From Spizellomyces punctatus DAOM BR117 (taxonomy: Eukaryota), in assembly GCA_000182565.2 (NCBI GenBank), contig KQ257454.1: DNA of 64,000 nucleotides; one strand, written 5' to 3'. Shown piece by piece: positions 14,722 to 25,843 of the stretch. The position numbers were made by a program, and so were the translations under genes. Numbering within the stretch: position 1 is the stretch's first letter; each line of letters begins with the position of its first letter. The notes under the pieces were generated by a model. It was not told where the DNA came from and ran no database searches. It saw only the letters and a list, made by a program, of their open reading frames with translations.

Positions 14722-15202
14722 TGCTGAACTGAAGGCCAATCCATGTGATTTTCGGCCAAAGCGAGTCTTGAACTCTTTGCAAAGTGCGCAATCTTGGCTA
14801 CTGGTTTTCACGACTGTTTTGATGGCATTTTCATTGCCAGACAATACTTCCTCCTGTCGTACTTTGTTCGGTACCTTACTGTGTGCTCGATTGATGAAAT
14901 ATCCGAACTGGATAGTAGTACATAAAAGCAGATTGTCTTTACAGGAGATTGAGGTTCGCATAATACGCTGACTGGGAGCTACCGGCAACTATGTCAAGCG
15001 CAGATTTCCCGAGCAAGGCCAGGTACTTTGCGTAAAACTTCAACGAGACGCTTGCTGGAATCTTGTCCGGATGTTTGTCCGAACTCCGCCGTGACTTTCA
15101 TGTCACGTGTCTCGTTGCGTCATCTGAATTGTAACGTATTGAACGCCTCGCAACTGCTCTTGACGAAATCTCGACCTACACATCCCTATTCCTGCTACAA
15201 CA

Positions 15203-15630
15203 ATGGCTGTTCCAGACCCAGAGACAATACCCTCCCTCTCCTACTTCCCATTTCCCAAAGAAGTGGCCCGTAACATGTTCACCGAGGTGCGATCAATAGG
15301 TACCTTCTTGTTACTGTCGTTATGAAAGACGCACAACAACACTAACCACAGTTCATTCTTGTTATAGCCGCAGGTTTGGGCACAAATGGTCTTGCAGAGC
15401 ACGCGGACAAGATAGAAGCTGGTCTCAACCGTATGGGCAGCGGTATGGACTCAGCCGGGAAGAGCATCAAAACGGGCCTGGTGGTTGTGGGAATAGGGCT
15501 GGGAATAGGGCTAACGGTAATAGGTACCGGGCTCATACTACAAGCTTTAAACGAGCAAAGGTCGTCAACGAAGAGACGGTGCCGCCGACGAAAGTCAACG
15601 GACCCAAGAACAGGGTCTTCATCTGAATGA
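15203..15630 (+). CDS. Small (~120 aa) hypothetical membrane protein with Gly-rich TM helix
   Basis: Exon 1 15203-15286; intron 15287-15351 (GT..CTAAC..CAG) joins in frame to FILVIAAGLG...GLVVVGIGLGIGLTVIGTGLIL followed by a basic tail. Confidence 0.6.
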
Positions 15631-15873
15631 CATCCATGTACATTTCTTTGCATTTTATTGTGTTTAAATTAATATCGACCTACCAGATTCCTTTGAAGCA
15701 ACATCTTTGTTTGGTATTCAGTAGAACAGAACAAGTTGAAGTTAATATCTCGTGCATGTTTGTCCGATCCGGTTATTGTCATGGTAACAAGAATCACATG
15801 ATCTACCATCCCAAACCACGACCTTCCAACTGAATGCCATTAGGCGGTTGTTGCGTTGCTTCCACATTCTGCT

Positions 15874-16528
15874 ATGATGAACAGCGTGGTGACCACTCCC
15901 GTACAGGTAAGCTCGCAAGCAATTCGTCAGGCAGGCGGGCCTTGGGTTCTTGAGAGTCGTACTGAAACTCTCCTGTCGTTTAAAAAAGCTCGGCACTGCT
16001 GCCCACCGCATATATGTAACGCGCTTGTACCGTCGCTCGCTTCGTCTAGCGGCAGACTGGTACTGGCAGCGGGCAGAGTTTCGTGAAAAGGCCTTGATTA
16101 TCCGCCATCTATTCGAGCAAAACCGTAATAACCCCAACCCTAAAGAAATTGAAAAGTTGATTGCACGAACTGAATTAATGCTCGCCACCTACCACCACCC
16201 CCAGCCATACTACAGTAAGTGGAACGTCGTTTTACCCATTTGGACGTTCCAGGCAATCTTCTGTAGAAGGCTTGGTTGTCGACACTTACGGGGCGACGGG
16301 TTTAGGGACCAAGAAGGACAGTTCGTTAAAACCAAATCTAACCTATTTCTTGTCCTATTTCCAGACCCCACCGCACCCGGAGGTTCCAAATGGGAGCGCA
16401 ACATTCCATTCCCGGAAGAGGTAATTAGTGTTAACCGACCGCTGTCATTTACTTGTTTATTCAAAAACACTCATTCCATTGTACAGTTGGTCAAACGGGG
16501 CGTCACACCATTCGACAATTGCAGCTAA
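15874..16528 (+). CDS. NDUFB9: Complex I subunit B22 (LYR family)
   Basis: HRIYVTRLYRRSLRLAADW..FEQNR..YHHPQPY|PTAPGGSKWERNIP; 3 introns. Confidence 0.9.
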
Positions 16529-17153
16529 GACTTACACTGTAATCTATATCTGCGATGGGGAAACTTTGAAATGTGAATATATACCGACATCATACGCTTC
16601 ATATGATATGAGTGCATATTCGACTGGCAGGGCCTCTTTTCAACCTTTGTTGGGAAAGCTTAGGATCTGCCGCCGACCCAGAGTCAGCTGGATCATCTGA
16701 GGGTTACCGGTGTGCTATTGCTAACGTGATAGCATTCTATCACGTTTCGCTGCAGGTGAATGGTATTGATGTCATGGAGTATCACTCCTAAGCAGTCTGT
16801 GCACCAGGTTCTCCCAAGAGTTCACGACGGCTTTGTGGATGTTCTCTTCTTTCAAGGGTTAGGGAAATACCTTGCGTAAGGAGCTGCAATTGTGTAATGT
16901 CATTTAGCAATATCCGCCATATCGAACATATCTATAAACAAACCAGCAGCAAACAGGAGCTTGTACAGGTCTAATGTGAGAGGTATCATTTGAGTCTTAC
17001 CAGGGAACCTGGAGGCGTTGATATTGGGCGCCGTTACCTAAGATTACAAACTGTATGTGCCCAATGAAGTTCCACGTCAGCGCGTCGCTGTTCCGTGATC
17101 TCCACATAAAACAACACAAACCATTCAACAATTATATATTCTCATATTGGGCA

Positions 17154-17858
17154 ATGGTGAATGCAACCCAAGCCTCAAAACCCGCCATTGAGCCGCCAGC
17201 TACTGGCGCAAACATGCACATAGACACGGAAGCGAACCAAGCTGCCAACCTGGCAATGCTGCCACCAGCTTCTAGGGCTTCCGTTCCAACAGAAGATGCC
17301 GATAATCCATCACCAGCACATTCTACTGAGACGATAAGGACGGATGATGTGGAAGAAATAGACGGACGCGCCCGCCATGACATGGAGATTCGAAATCATC
17401 ACGATGACTTTTCAGTTGGAAATGAACCGGACTCAGACGAAGAGGAAGAGGAAGAGTATAGCTATGGCTACACACCACTAAATAGTGGGTATGAGCCGTT
17501 GGGCGGTGACGCAGACGGGGAAGACGAGATTGACGGACAAGGAGAGCCAACGACATTACAGTCACAACTCAAAGCACCCGAGCCTTTAACAATAACAATG
17601 GACAAAAATTCCATTATTGACAATGGTAGTTCGCAGCTTTTTGAAAAAAACAATCGATACAAATGGCAAATTTACAAGTTACCCCTATATAATCTAGATG
17701 ATTTGACCATAATCCAATCCGTCATGTCTACAATAACGATACCAGAGTCGGCCATACCAGAATGGGCGAAAGCAGTCCCAGAAGAGCAATGGCTACCCAA
17801 GCTGATAATCGATTGTCCTAATACTTCGAGTGACGTATCTACCCCTTCGGGAAGATGA
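17154..17858 (+). CDS. Male-enhanced antigen 1 (MEA1)-like acidic protein
   Basis: Acidic centre with GYTPL/GYEPL motifs and C-terminal IIQSVMSTITIPESAIPEWAKAVPEEQW resembling the MEA1 family; likely intron 17626-17697. Confidence 0.6.
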   Translation: MVNATQASKPAIEPPATGANMHIDTEANQAANLAMLPPASRASVPTEDADNPSPAHSTETIRTDDVEEIDGRARHDMEIRNHHDDFSVGNEPDSDEEEEEEYSYGYTPLNSGYEPLGGDADGEDEIDGQGEPTTLQSQLKAPEPLTITMDKNSIIDNGSSQLFEKNNRYKWQIYKLPLYNLDDLTIIQSVMSTITIPESAIPEWAKAVPEEQWLPKLIIDCPNTSSDVSTPSGR

Positions 17859-17863
17859 TACCA

Positions 17864-20800
17864 TTAGCCGAAAAGGCCAACGAGCTCGTCCACTGTCATC
17901 TTCTTTGATTTCTTAAAGTTGGCGTCTCCGAGCGCTCCATCGATCAAATCTCGCTGTACAAACGATATAAATATGTGAGGTAGGAACAGTGGGACGAAAA
18001 TACAAGGTAACTACGGCCATACCTTCTTCTTCTGCAAAGCCAAGATCCGATCTTCGACCGTTCCCTCGACAGCGAGTCGAATGACCGCAACATTTCGCGT
18101 TTGGCCAATTCTGGAACATAGGCAGGATGAGCAGGCAGGCCATCGATAGCCATACTGATAAAACGCTATAAATTATTACCGATGCACCCGATCAATTGCT
18201 TGATCTATGATAAGCGCATCATTAGTGATGGATATTGAATGAAGGACTCCTCATATGCTCCTTTTGCCCACCTTCCAGTGCAGGATTCCACCACATGTCA
18301 AGCATTATCACTCTATTGGCCGCTAGAGCCCGTAATTCGTTAGTAATTTGATGCATATACGCCGCAATTTTTTTATTTACCTGTGAGATTCAGCCCAAGA
18401 GACCCACATTTGAGTGAGATAAGCATGACCGTAACATTCGGATCGTTTCGAATGCTCTCTATACTCCTCTCTCGCTCAGGGTTTGGCATAGACCCATCAT
18501 CTATATAAACAGAAAAATGTTGAGCGCAAAGGCCAAGCTACATCTTGCTTCAAACCGGGAACTAAAATGTCACGTACATCGGCAAAATCCGTACCCTTTC
18601 TTACGCAATGGGATTTCCACGATATCGAGCATGCTAGTGAATTGCGAAAAAACTATGGTTTTTCCTTCGGGATCCCGCTCGCGTATGTCATCGAGGATGC
18701 TCATCATCTACAAAATTGGTCTGGTTGAGAATGATACCAAGCTGCCGTCTAAATACAATGCAGAAGGTTGTACCTTATCTACTTTGGCAGATGCTACCCA
18801 TTTTGTACTTAGTTCAGCTACCAGAGCAGAATTCTTTCCAACCTTCCTGGACGTGATCGTCGGCCCAAGGGTTTCCGCTGCCACAAATTTTTCGCGGCAG
18901 TCCTGGCACTGCTTTTGATCCGAAGGAATATTTCTCAAGCTGGAAATCAATCTTTCAGTCTCCAGTGAAAGCCACTTCAGAAAGAGCAGGTTGCAACACT
19001 TACGGTTCAAAACAGATTGTACATTGACGGTTATTAGCCTCCACTTCGAGGGTTTTGAACATAGCCATCATTTCATCAATGTCCTCTTCCTCAACGGCGC
19101 CCTTCTCCGGGGTTACCTCTCCTTCCTTGTCCGCCCCATGCCCAACCAAAGAACGGTGATTACAGGCTGCGGCATAAAAGTTGTGTCAAATTGTGTACGT
19201 TAAAATAATCGTCGAACCGTACGCATTACCCTGCCGCAATCTGCAAAGAGTTACATCAGTACCTGAGTGCCAAATAAATAATGTGCATGTCGTACCTCAG
19301 CAATAAGCATAAGATATTAGTATAGTTTTTGTTGTATCCAGCCTAGAATCGCCAAGAGTGAGAAGAAGACGATGAAATACTCCTGCCCGGGAAAACAAAA
19401 TCTGAAGGGTTACCTTTTGAAATGATTTCAACTTCATTCGCATTTTTTCCTCCAACTTCTGATAGTACTGTCTTTCATCTTCAGCAAACTGCACGTTTTG
19501 CAATTCAACATTTCTCTCTGGCAGGTTAAGTAATGGTTTTCCATCTATCTTGGTCGTCTTTGTGCGTCTCAGCATAATTGCTTGCAAAATAACACGAAGG
19601 CGTTCTAAGCCGACTTTCGAGCGTCCGCGCGAGAGAGGTTCTGATATTTGTGACTTGAAAACGGCTGTGAAACTTGTATTAGAGAGCGTTTTGTGTATTC
19701 ACAAAGCTATCTGCATGAAGTCCCACGTACAATACTCATCGAAAGGCTTGAACCGCAGAAACTTCAACAAACTGTAGAACTCATCCACGTTATTCTGTAA
19801 TGGAGTACCTGAACACAAAGAGAGGGATCAATGCGAAGGCAGCTAATCCGTTTTATTTTCAACTACTTACCAGTCAAGCAAAATCGTCGTTCAGCTTGCA
19901 ATGCACAGCATCCAATGGCACTTCGCGTCGACTTATTCTTAATTGTTTGCGCCTCATCTATATGTGTGATAGGGTTAGATGCTTTCTGACAATGCTCGTC
20001 CATGTGGATATTACAAGCCGGCGGTACGTACCTAGTACCACCCGGAACCATTTGACACGATACAGCGGACCAGCTTCTTTAGTGGGCTTGGGGACTTCGA
20101 TTACTTCGTCCTTTTTGCTTTTGCTGGTTTTCGGCCATTCGGAGGCAATCACTATTTTGCACTATAGGTTGACATGATATTCTACATTCACTTTAAAGGG
20201 GGAGGACTCAACACACCTGAAAAGGTGGTAATGACCACATCATACTGCTTCAACTTGGCGGGATCTGCACCAGTACTACCGTTAATCAAGAAAGTTGAGG
20301 GTAAGCGATAAGCTTCCTACCTTTCGTTCTGCCGGGTCCATGGTATAGAAGAACTTTCAGAGTCCCTTTTTTAGTCTTACTAGCAATCTCGTGTTCCCAT
20401 TGTTTGATTAAAGCCAGTGGTGCCACAATCAATGTGCTTTTGCATTGCTTATCCTCCGATCTATTGGCGACAATTAGACTGATCGTTTGGACAGTCTATT
20501 TTAAGAGGATCTCAGCGCAAGAGGGAATAATGATATCTCAACGTGAAATCCCTGACCTTTCCGAGACCTGAAACGAAAGAAAAGTTGAGTATCAAATTCG
20601 AAACCTACTATGGACTTTCTGATCATACCCATGTCATCTGAAATCAGAGATACATAATGTCGGTCAGTCTGTTGCATGAAAACTCTAGAAGAGATGCACC
20701 AACCTGCTAGGATGCCTCCTCGGGTTTTCCCATCTTCACGGGTTTTCATCCATGCCACACCTAAAAGTAAATCATATTTCAGCATCTACANNNNNNNNNN

Positions 20801-21611
20801 NNNNNNNNNNNNNNNNNNNNNNNNNNNNNNNNNNNNNNNNNNNNNNNNNNNNNNNNNNNNNNNNNNNNNNNNNNNNNNNNNNNNNNNNNNACCTTTTAGT
20901 TGATGCGGTAGCAGGCTAATTGTAAGTTCAGCTGTGTTGATGTTCGCTATCTATTGACGCGTCATCATCCGGAATACTGGAAAGCAGGTCGCGCAGATCC
21001 TTTTCTGTATCGCCTGTTATGATGTTAGGAGTGCGTGTTTCATAAGTCCCGGAGAGCTTCTGCGAGAATGCGGGCGGTGGAGGTAGGTTGTATGCAGGAG
21101 GTGGGATTCCGGCATATGCCCCGGTTTGTCGTAATTCTGAATCAGCTTTTCTGTTCCAGATCGGTGAGTTCGGCTTATGTAGATGCAATGGATTTGGATA
21201 CGACTGTGATTGTGCTCTGTTATAACTTTGTTGGTAATGCTGGTATGCATACGGGTAGGATGGGCGGGGGACATCAGCATGTGAAGAACTAATTACTCTT
21301 GGTGGCAATTCGTTATCACGCAAAGATGGGGCATAAGAAGCGGAATAGGCATGGGTAGGATGGTATTGGTTTGATTTTTGATAGTTATCCTGCGCATATG
21401 CAGAGTAAGGACGGGCCTGTCCTCCGAGGTAGCTTGGATTGAAGCGGGGAGCACGGTACTCCCAGGGAGCATAGTTTTGGTGGCTTTGACCCCCATTCAG
21501 AGGAGCGGTAGATGTCACTGTAGCTTGTTTTTTAGTACCTCCACCGGGAACAGTCCTCTCGTTGGTCGCGGGAACGTTTTCCTGCTCAGAGCGTGTATCG
21601 TTCTTGTCCAT
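17864..21611 (-). CDS. SNF2-family ATPase (Rad5/16/Uls1/Lodestar-like), crosses an assembly gap
   Basis: [76 protein letters not shown]; ends ...VDELVGLFG*; 5' end uncertain. Confidence 0.9.
20791..20890. other. Assembly gap (N run)
   Basis: 100 N. Confidence 1.
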
Positions 21612-22060
21612 GGTCAACGGTCACCAGGGTTGAAATTAGCAGAAGAAACGCGTACAGTGGAGTTCACGACCGCGATGGTCGACTAAACGATGAAGCGAAA
21701 CCTAACCAGTCGCCCAGTCCAGCTTGTACAGGCCAATTTGAGTGAGACCTTCCACCATACAAAACAAGATCGCCCACGGGCATCTCGCGGAAAGCCTGCC
21801 GACCAGCCAGGAGAGTCTGCTGCGCAATTGGTTGCATCCGGCTTCCAAAAATGTCGTGCAGGAATTATCCGATCCGGACCGCGGCCAAACCACCGAGGAT
21901 AGCCTGTTGTTTGTTCCCCAGCTTTCCCATTTGCATCGACGGCAGGTTTCTTGACTTTGCTTTCATCCCACCATAGACTTGAATTATGGGTACGCTTACT
22001 ACGAGTCGTTGTCTTGAAAAGTGAGGTCCGTGGGACCGCATAGAACCACGCGACTGACAG

Positions 22061-23289
22061 TTCTGTTCCCCCAGCCTCGCTTGTAAAGTCCACAGAAGTC
22101 CCGCTCGAGAAACTCAAATGGGTCCTAGAGCCCAGCGCCACGGAGGCGAATACATTCTATGTTCACCCAAAGGCGGGCGGTATGGTGCTGGTTCAGGTAT
22201 GCATCTGCGTTCGTCTGCTGCAAACTGGCAGTCAACTCAATTTCTAGTTGAACAGATCGCATACTCAACAATGAGGTGAGGCTTAGTTTAGATTAGCACG
22301 CACTTGGCAAGTAACTGATTCGTTGGATGGATAAAAGCTGGAGCCCATCTGTTCAGGTTTCCGCAGCATATCATGGAGCAGACGGCTCCAAGAAGCGGCA
22401 CACCGCGTCACTCTCTGGCAGCTCGTTCAGACCAGCGGAGGATGGTATATCTGTCACTTGCGAGAACATGTCTGTGCAGTTTGATGCTTCAAAAAAGAGT
22501 TATCATGTTACACTGAACGCGGCCCCCGCGATGGTGATCGATTTCAACTTTGAGGCTGTTGACGGCTTCTGTCAAGTAAACGAAGGGAAAGTTCCATTCA
22601 ACCACACGGACATATCAGTGGGTTATGTTTCCGCGCAGTTCATTCCCAAGGGAAGAGTCACCGGGAATGTTATTGTTGACGGTAAACTGCACGATATCGA
22701 GGGGACTGGATTGTATGTAAAGGCTCTGCAAAGCAAACCGCAATGCGCTGCACGGTGGAGTTTTGCCAACTTTCAAACTGAGAAGGATGCGTTGTTGATG
22801 TATCAGGTGGGTGTCAATATACATGTACGAGTGTTATTAATTATTTACCTTTGGATATTCCAGTACGAACTGTGTCGTGGTTATGGTTACGACTTTGATG
22901 CTCGTAGCGAGGGAGCATTGGTCTTGGACAATAAAATTGTCGCGGTGACACTCAACAATTTTGCGACGCTACTTAATAAATCCTACGACAGCTTCAGCGG
23001 TTATGAAGTTCCCTCCGAAGTATCCTACCGCTGGGAGGGCGAGGCGAAGGACGGCCGTCCTGTCAAAATCGAGATGAAGGTGGCTCTTACTCACCTTTTG
23101 GATAAGATTGACTTGCTCAGCGAGCTCCCGTTCTTTGTTCGCAAGTTTATCCAGACTTGCATTACCGCACCATTTGTCTACCAGTGGTTTGAGGATGCGA
23201 GTGCTTCTGTAACCATTGGAGAAGAAACTCACATTTTGAAGGGAAAATTGTTCCACGAGAACGCATTCCTGGCCGCTTTAGAGGATTAG
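22061..23289 (+). CDS. SVF1: Survival factor 1 (Svf1) family protein; true start lies upstream and is unresolved
   Basis: ATEANTFY..VQ|IAYST, KPQCAARWSFANFQ, FSGYEVPSEVSYRW, LDKIDLLSELPFFVRKFIQ..PFVYQW..GKLFHEN. Confidence 0.8.
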
Positions 23290-23463
23290 ATGGCAGAGGC
23301 TAGGTAGACATGTTTGACTTTCATTGTATTAATTTGATGTGGACTGGATTCTGTTACCCTTCAGAGCTCTGGTTTTACATGATATTTTTTATATACACAT
23401 ACTTTCACATACCCTAACTGACAAATTTCGGCCGTCTCTGCACCGATATTTGGACAAGGCCTT

Positions 23464-24625
23464 CTAGTAATTACCCCGATAAACCTGCCCCCATTTGCTG
23501 AATATGTAGTCCCCAAATGCCATCTTGGAAATTTCCTCTGCCCTAATAGCTAACTGCTCCTTCTCTTTCTCGTTATCGTTGGCCCGAGGTGTGTTCTGAC
23601 TCTGATCTATAAACAAGCTAATTCTGGCCGCTGGTCCGTCCTCCGTGAGCAGGGGGATTTGTGCATCATACCTAGGATAATAAAAGAAGACCATCGACAA
23701 TCGCTCCTGATCAGACGATACTACTCGATGAAGTGGAGATACCACCCGCCCGTTTGTTAATAAGGATAAATAATCCCCTGCGTTCACTAAGAATGTGCCT
23801 GGAATCGGTGGCACGTCCGTCCATCCGCCCTCTCCATCCGCGATTTGCAATCCTGTTACTCCGTCTTGCTGCATAATGAGTGTCAAGAATCCCCAGTCAG
23901 TGTGTGGACTTGACCCTATCCTATCCGAAGGGGATCGCTGTCCTGTGATATGATCGGTTGTTTTGTCTGGGAAGTAGTGAAACAATCGCATGAGGCTGAT
24001 TGTTTCTCCTTCAGCACAGAAAGAAGGTAAATAGCCTTCGTCCATTCCTAGCGCAACGGAAAGCGCTCGTGTGACAGCTTCGGCTACTTGAACCATTCCA
24101 GCATAGAAGGTTTCCAAAGTTTTCCGCCACGTTGAATCAAGATCCGAAGTATCTGGCCATTCATTTGGACCTTGGAGATTATTTGTAGGGGCCACGTCCA
24201 AGGACCAAGGATACCCATAGCTGAACGCTTCCTTAACTTCCAGTGCGGATGAACCAGACTCGGCACCTGATAAGAAAAACACATCAACGATCTGCCGGCA
24301 TATCGTTTTCAAACAGTTTGAACAAAAGGTAACCTAAACCGATATATCCACGTGTAAATCCTCCAGAGCGAATTGGAATCTTGTTTTTGATATCTTGAGG
24401 TAAATTGAAGAAATCCTGAGCGGCGTTGAAGACCTCCTTCCGGAATTCGCGAGTCAGGTTCCCTATTCCACCACTTTTGACGTAGAATGCACCATGGGTA
24501 ACGCATGCCGCTGCCAGCTGCTCCACCGTCGAGGCCTTTTCTCGTGCGTTGTCTTCATTGGATGAAGCATTGTTTGCAAATGGTGTCACATCTATTATTG
24601 GTAGAGGGGCGATTCCCGTCGACAT
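23464..24625 (-). CDS. 2-oxoglutarate/Fe(II)-dependent oxygenase (IPNS/DIOX family)
   Basis: LPIIDV N-terminus, FFNLP..K, LMRLFHY, HTDWGFLTL (HxD), VNAGDYL, SPLHRV, RLS; one intron. Confidence 0.9.
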
Positions 24626-24789
24626 GGCTGCAAGCTTCAAGGCGGAACAGGAGTTTACTTTTGTCGCGTTTCTGACTTGATCAATTCTCCGTTGCATTAA
24701 GCATTTGGGTCCGTCTTACAAAAGTTGATTTTCTAAATTGAACTATCCTTCAGGTTAAGTTTATATCGGTTTTCACTGTCATATTCAAT

Positions 24790-25725
24790 CACTGGGTGTA
24801 CACTCTGCGGGGAAAATGAAAATCCAGGAGCGCTTTCTGAGGAATGTTAAAGGCTGATTCAAGGAAAATCATTGGACGGATTCGCCATTCATGGCTATTG
24901 ACAATCTTCAATGTTGAACAGTATGCAATGGGTTTAGATTCGACGCTTATACGTAAACATGGTAAGATCCATGGATCTCGCATTTTATTTATTCCCTTGA
25001 TCCTCATTTAGGGGTATGCCAACCTTAAATAGATTCCCCTACCATGGTAGCGCACTGGTCGTTGAGGGAATCGTCCGGTGCACAGTGATGCTCACTTTCC
25101 ACTTTGTCTTTATCTAATTCCATGACGGCATAGAGCAAGAGTTCATGTCTCCACATTATGCCGTACGATGTTAAGTTCAAACCTTTCATGTGTTCGCAGC
25201 TCATCAACATTTGTGCTCATGTAGACCAGGCAAACATTCTAAAAAGTCGTCTTATATTTATCTAAAAATCCAAAATGGGTCATGTTCAAGTTACCAACTC
25301 TTCTGTATAAAATATCCTGATTATTGTAACGGTGAAACTAACATCCAACGAGTAGCCCTTCCCAGTTGTTTTTTTGAGCGGGTTGTTGTTTTGGAGATCA
25401 TATTACTCTACTTGGTTTTTTTTTTCTCACTTCTTATGAGTATTTGTCAAATTCGTGGGCGGATAGCACCTTGGGAGATCGGAATGTACATAACGTACTT
25501 GGCCATTCGATTAGAGAAAACGGCCGAATTGCGAACAAGATGCGGACAAGAGCCTACTCAATAATTCTCGTTTTGGAACTCTTCAACATCTGGGGTTCAT
25601 GTGAATGTTGTCACAGTCCAGTGCAGAGATATATTCTGACTTTTGAAAAATCACCAGAAAAGAGCATCAATCTCGATAAAAGCTGATGCTTGTTAATCAT
25701 CGTTTCCAATGGTCAAGTACTCCTG
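24790..25725 (-). pseudogene. Possible decayed gene/TE relic
   Basis: ~1 kb gap in a compact genome; minus-strand frames read protein-like but are broken by TGA/TAA stops; no family recognised. Confidence 0.2.
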
Positions 25726-25843
25726 AGTAGGTATGTACGTATGTAAACGTCTAAAAGCTCTGAAATCACGACGATTTGGCATTCCAATATCACGTCAAAT
25801 ACACGTACACAATCAACAACATGGTACGGTCCCCAGCGCCCTC

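Noticed and set aside
14641..14988. 115-aa minus ORF upstream of DNA2
   Set aside because: No ATG at the listed start, no recognisable motif, lies in a promoter region
16950..16965. AAACAGGAGCTT resembles RNase MRP CR-V
   Set aside because: No matching upstream GAAAGTCTCC/GAAAGTCCCC CR-I to form P4
23464..24625. 2OG oxygenase as part of a secondary-metabolite cluster
   Set aside because: No NRPS/PKS, transporter or tailoring genes nearby
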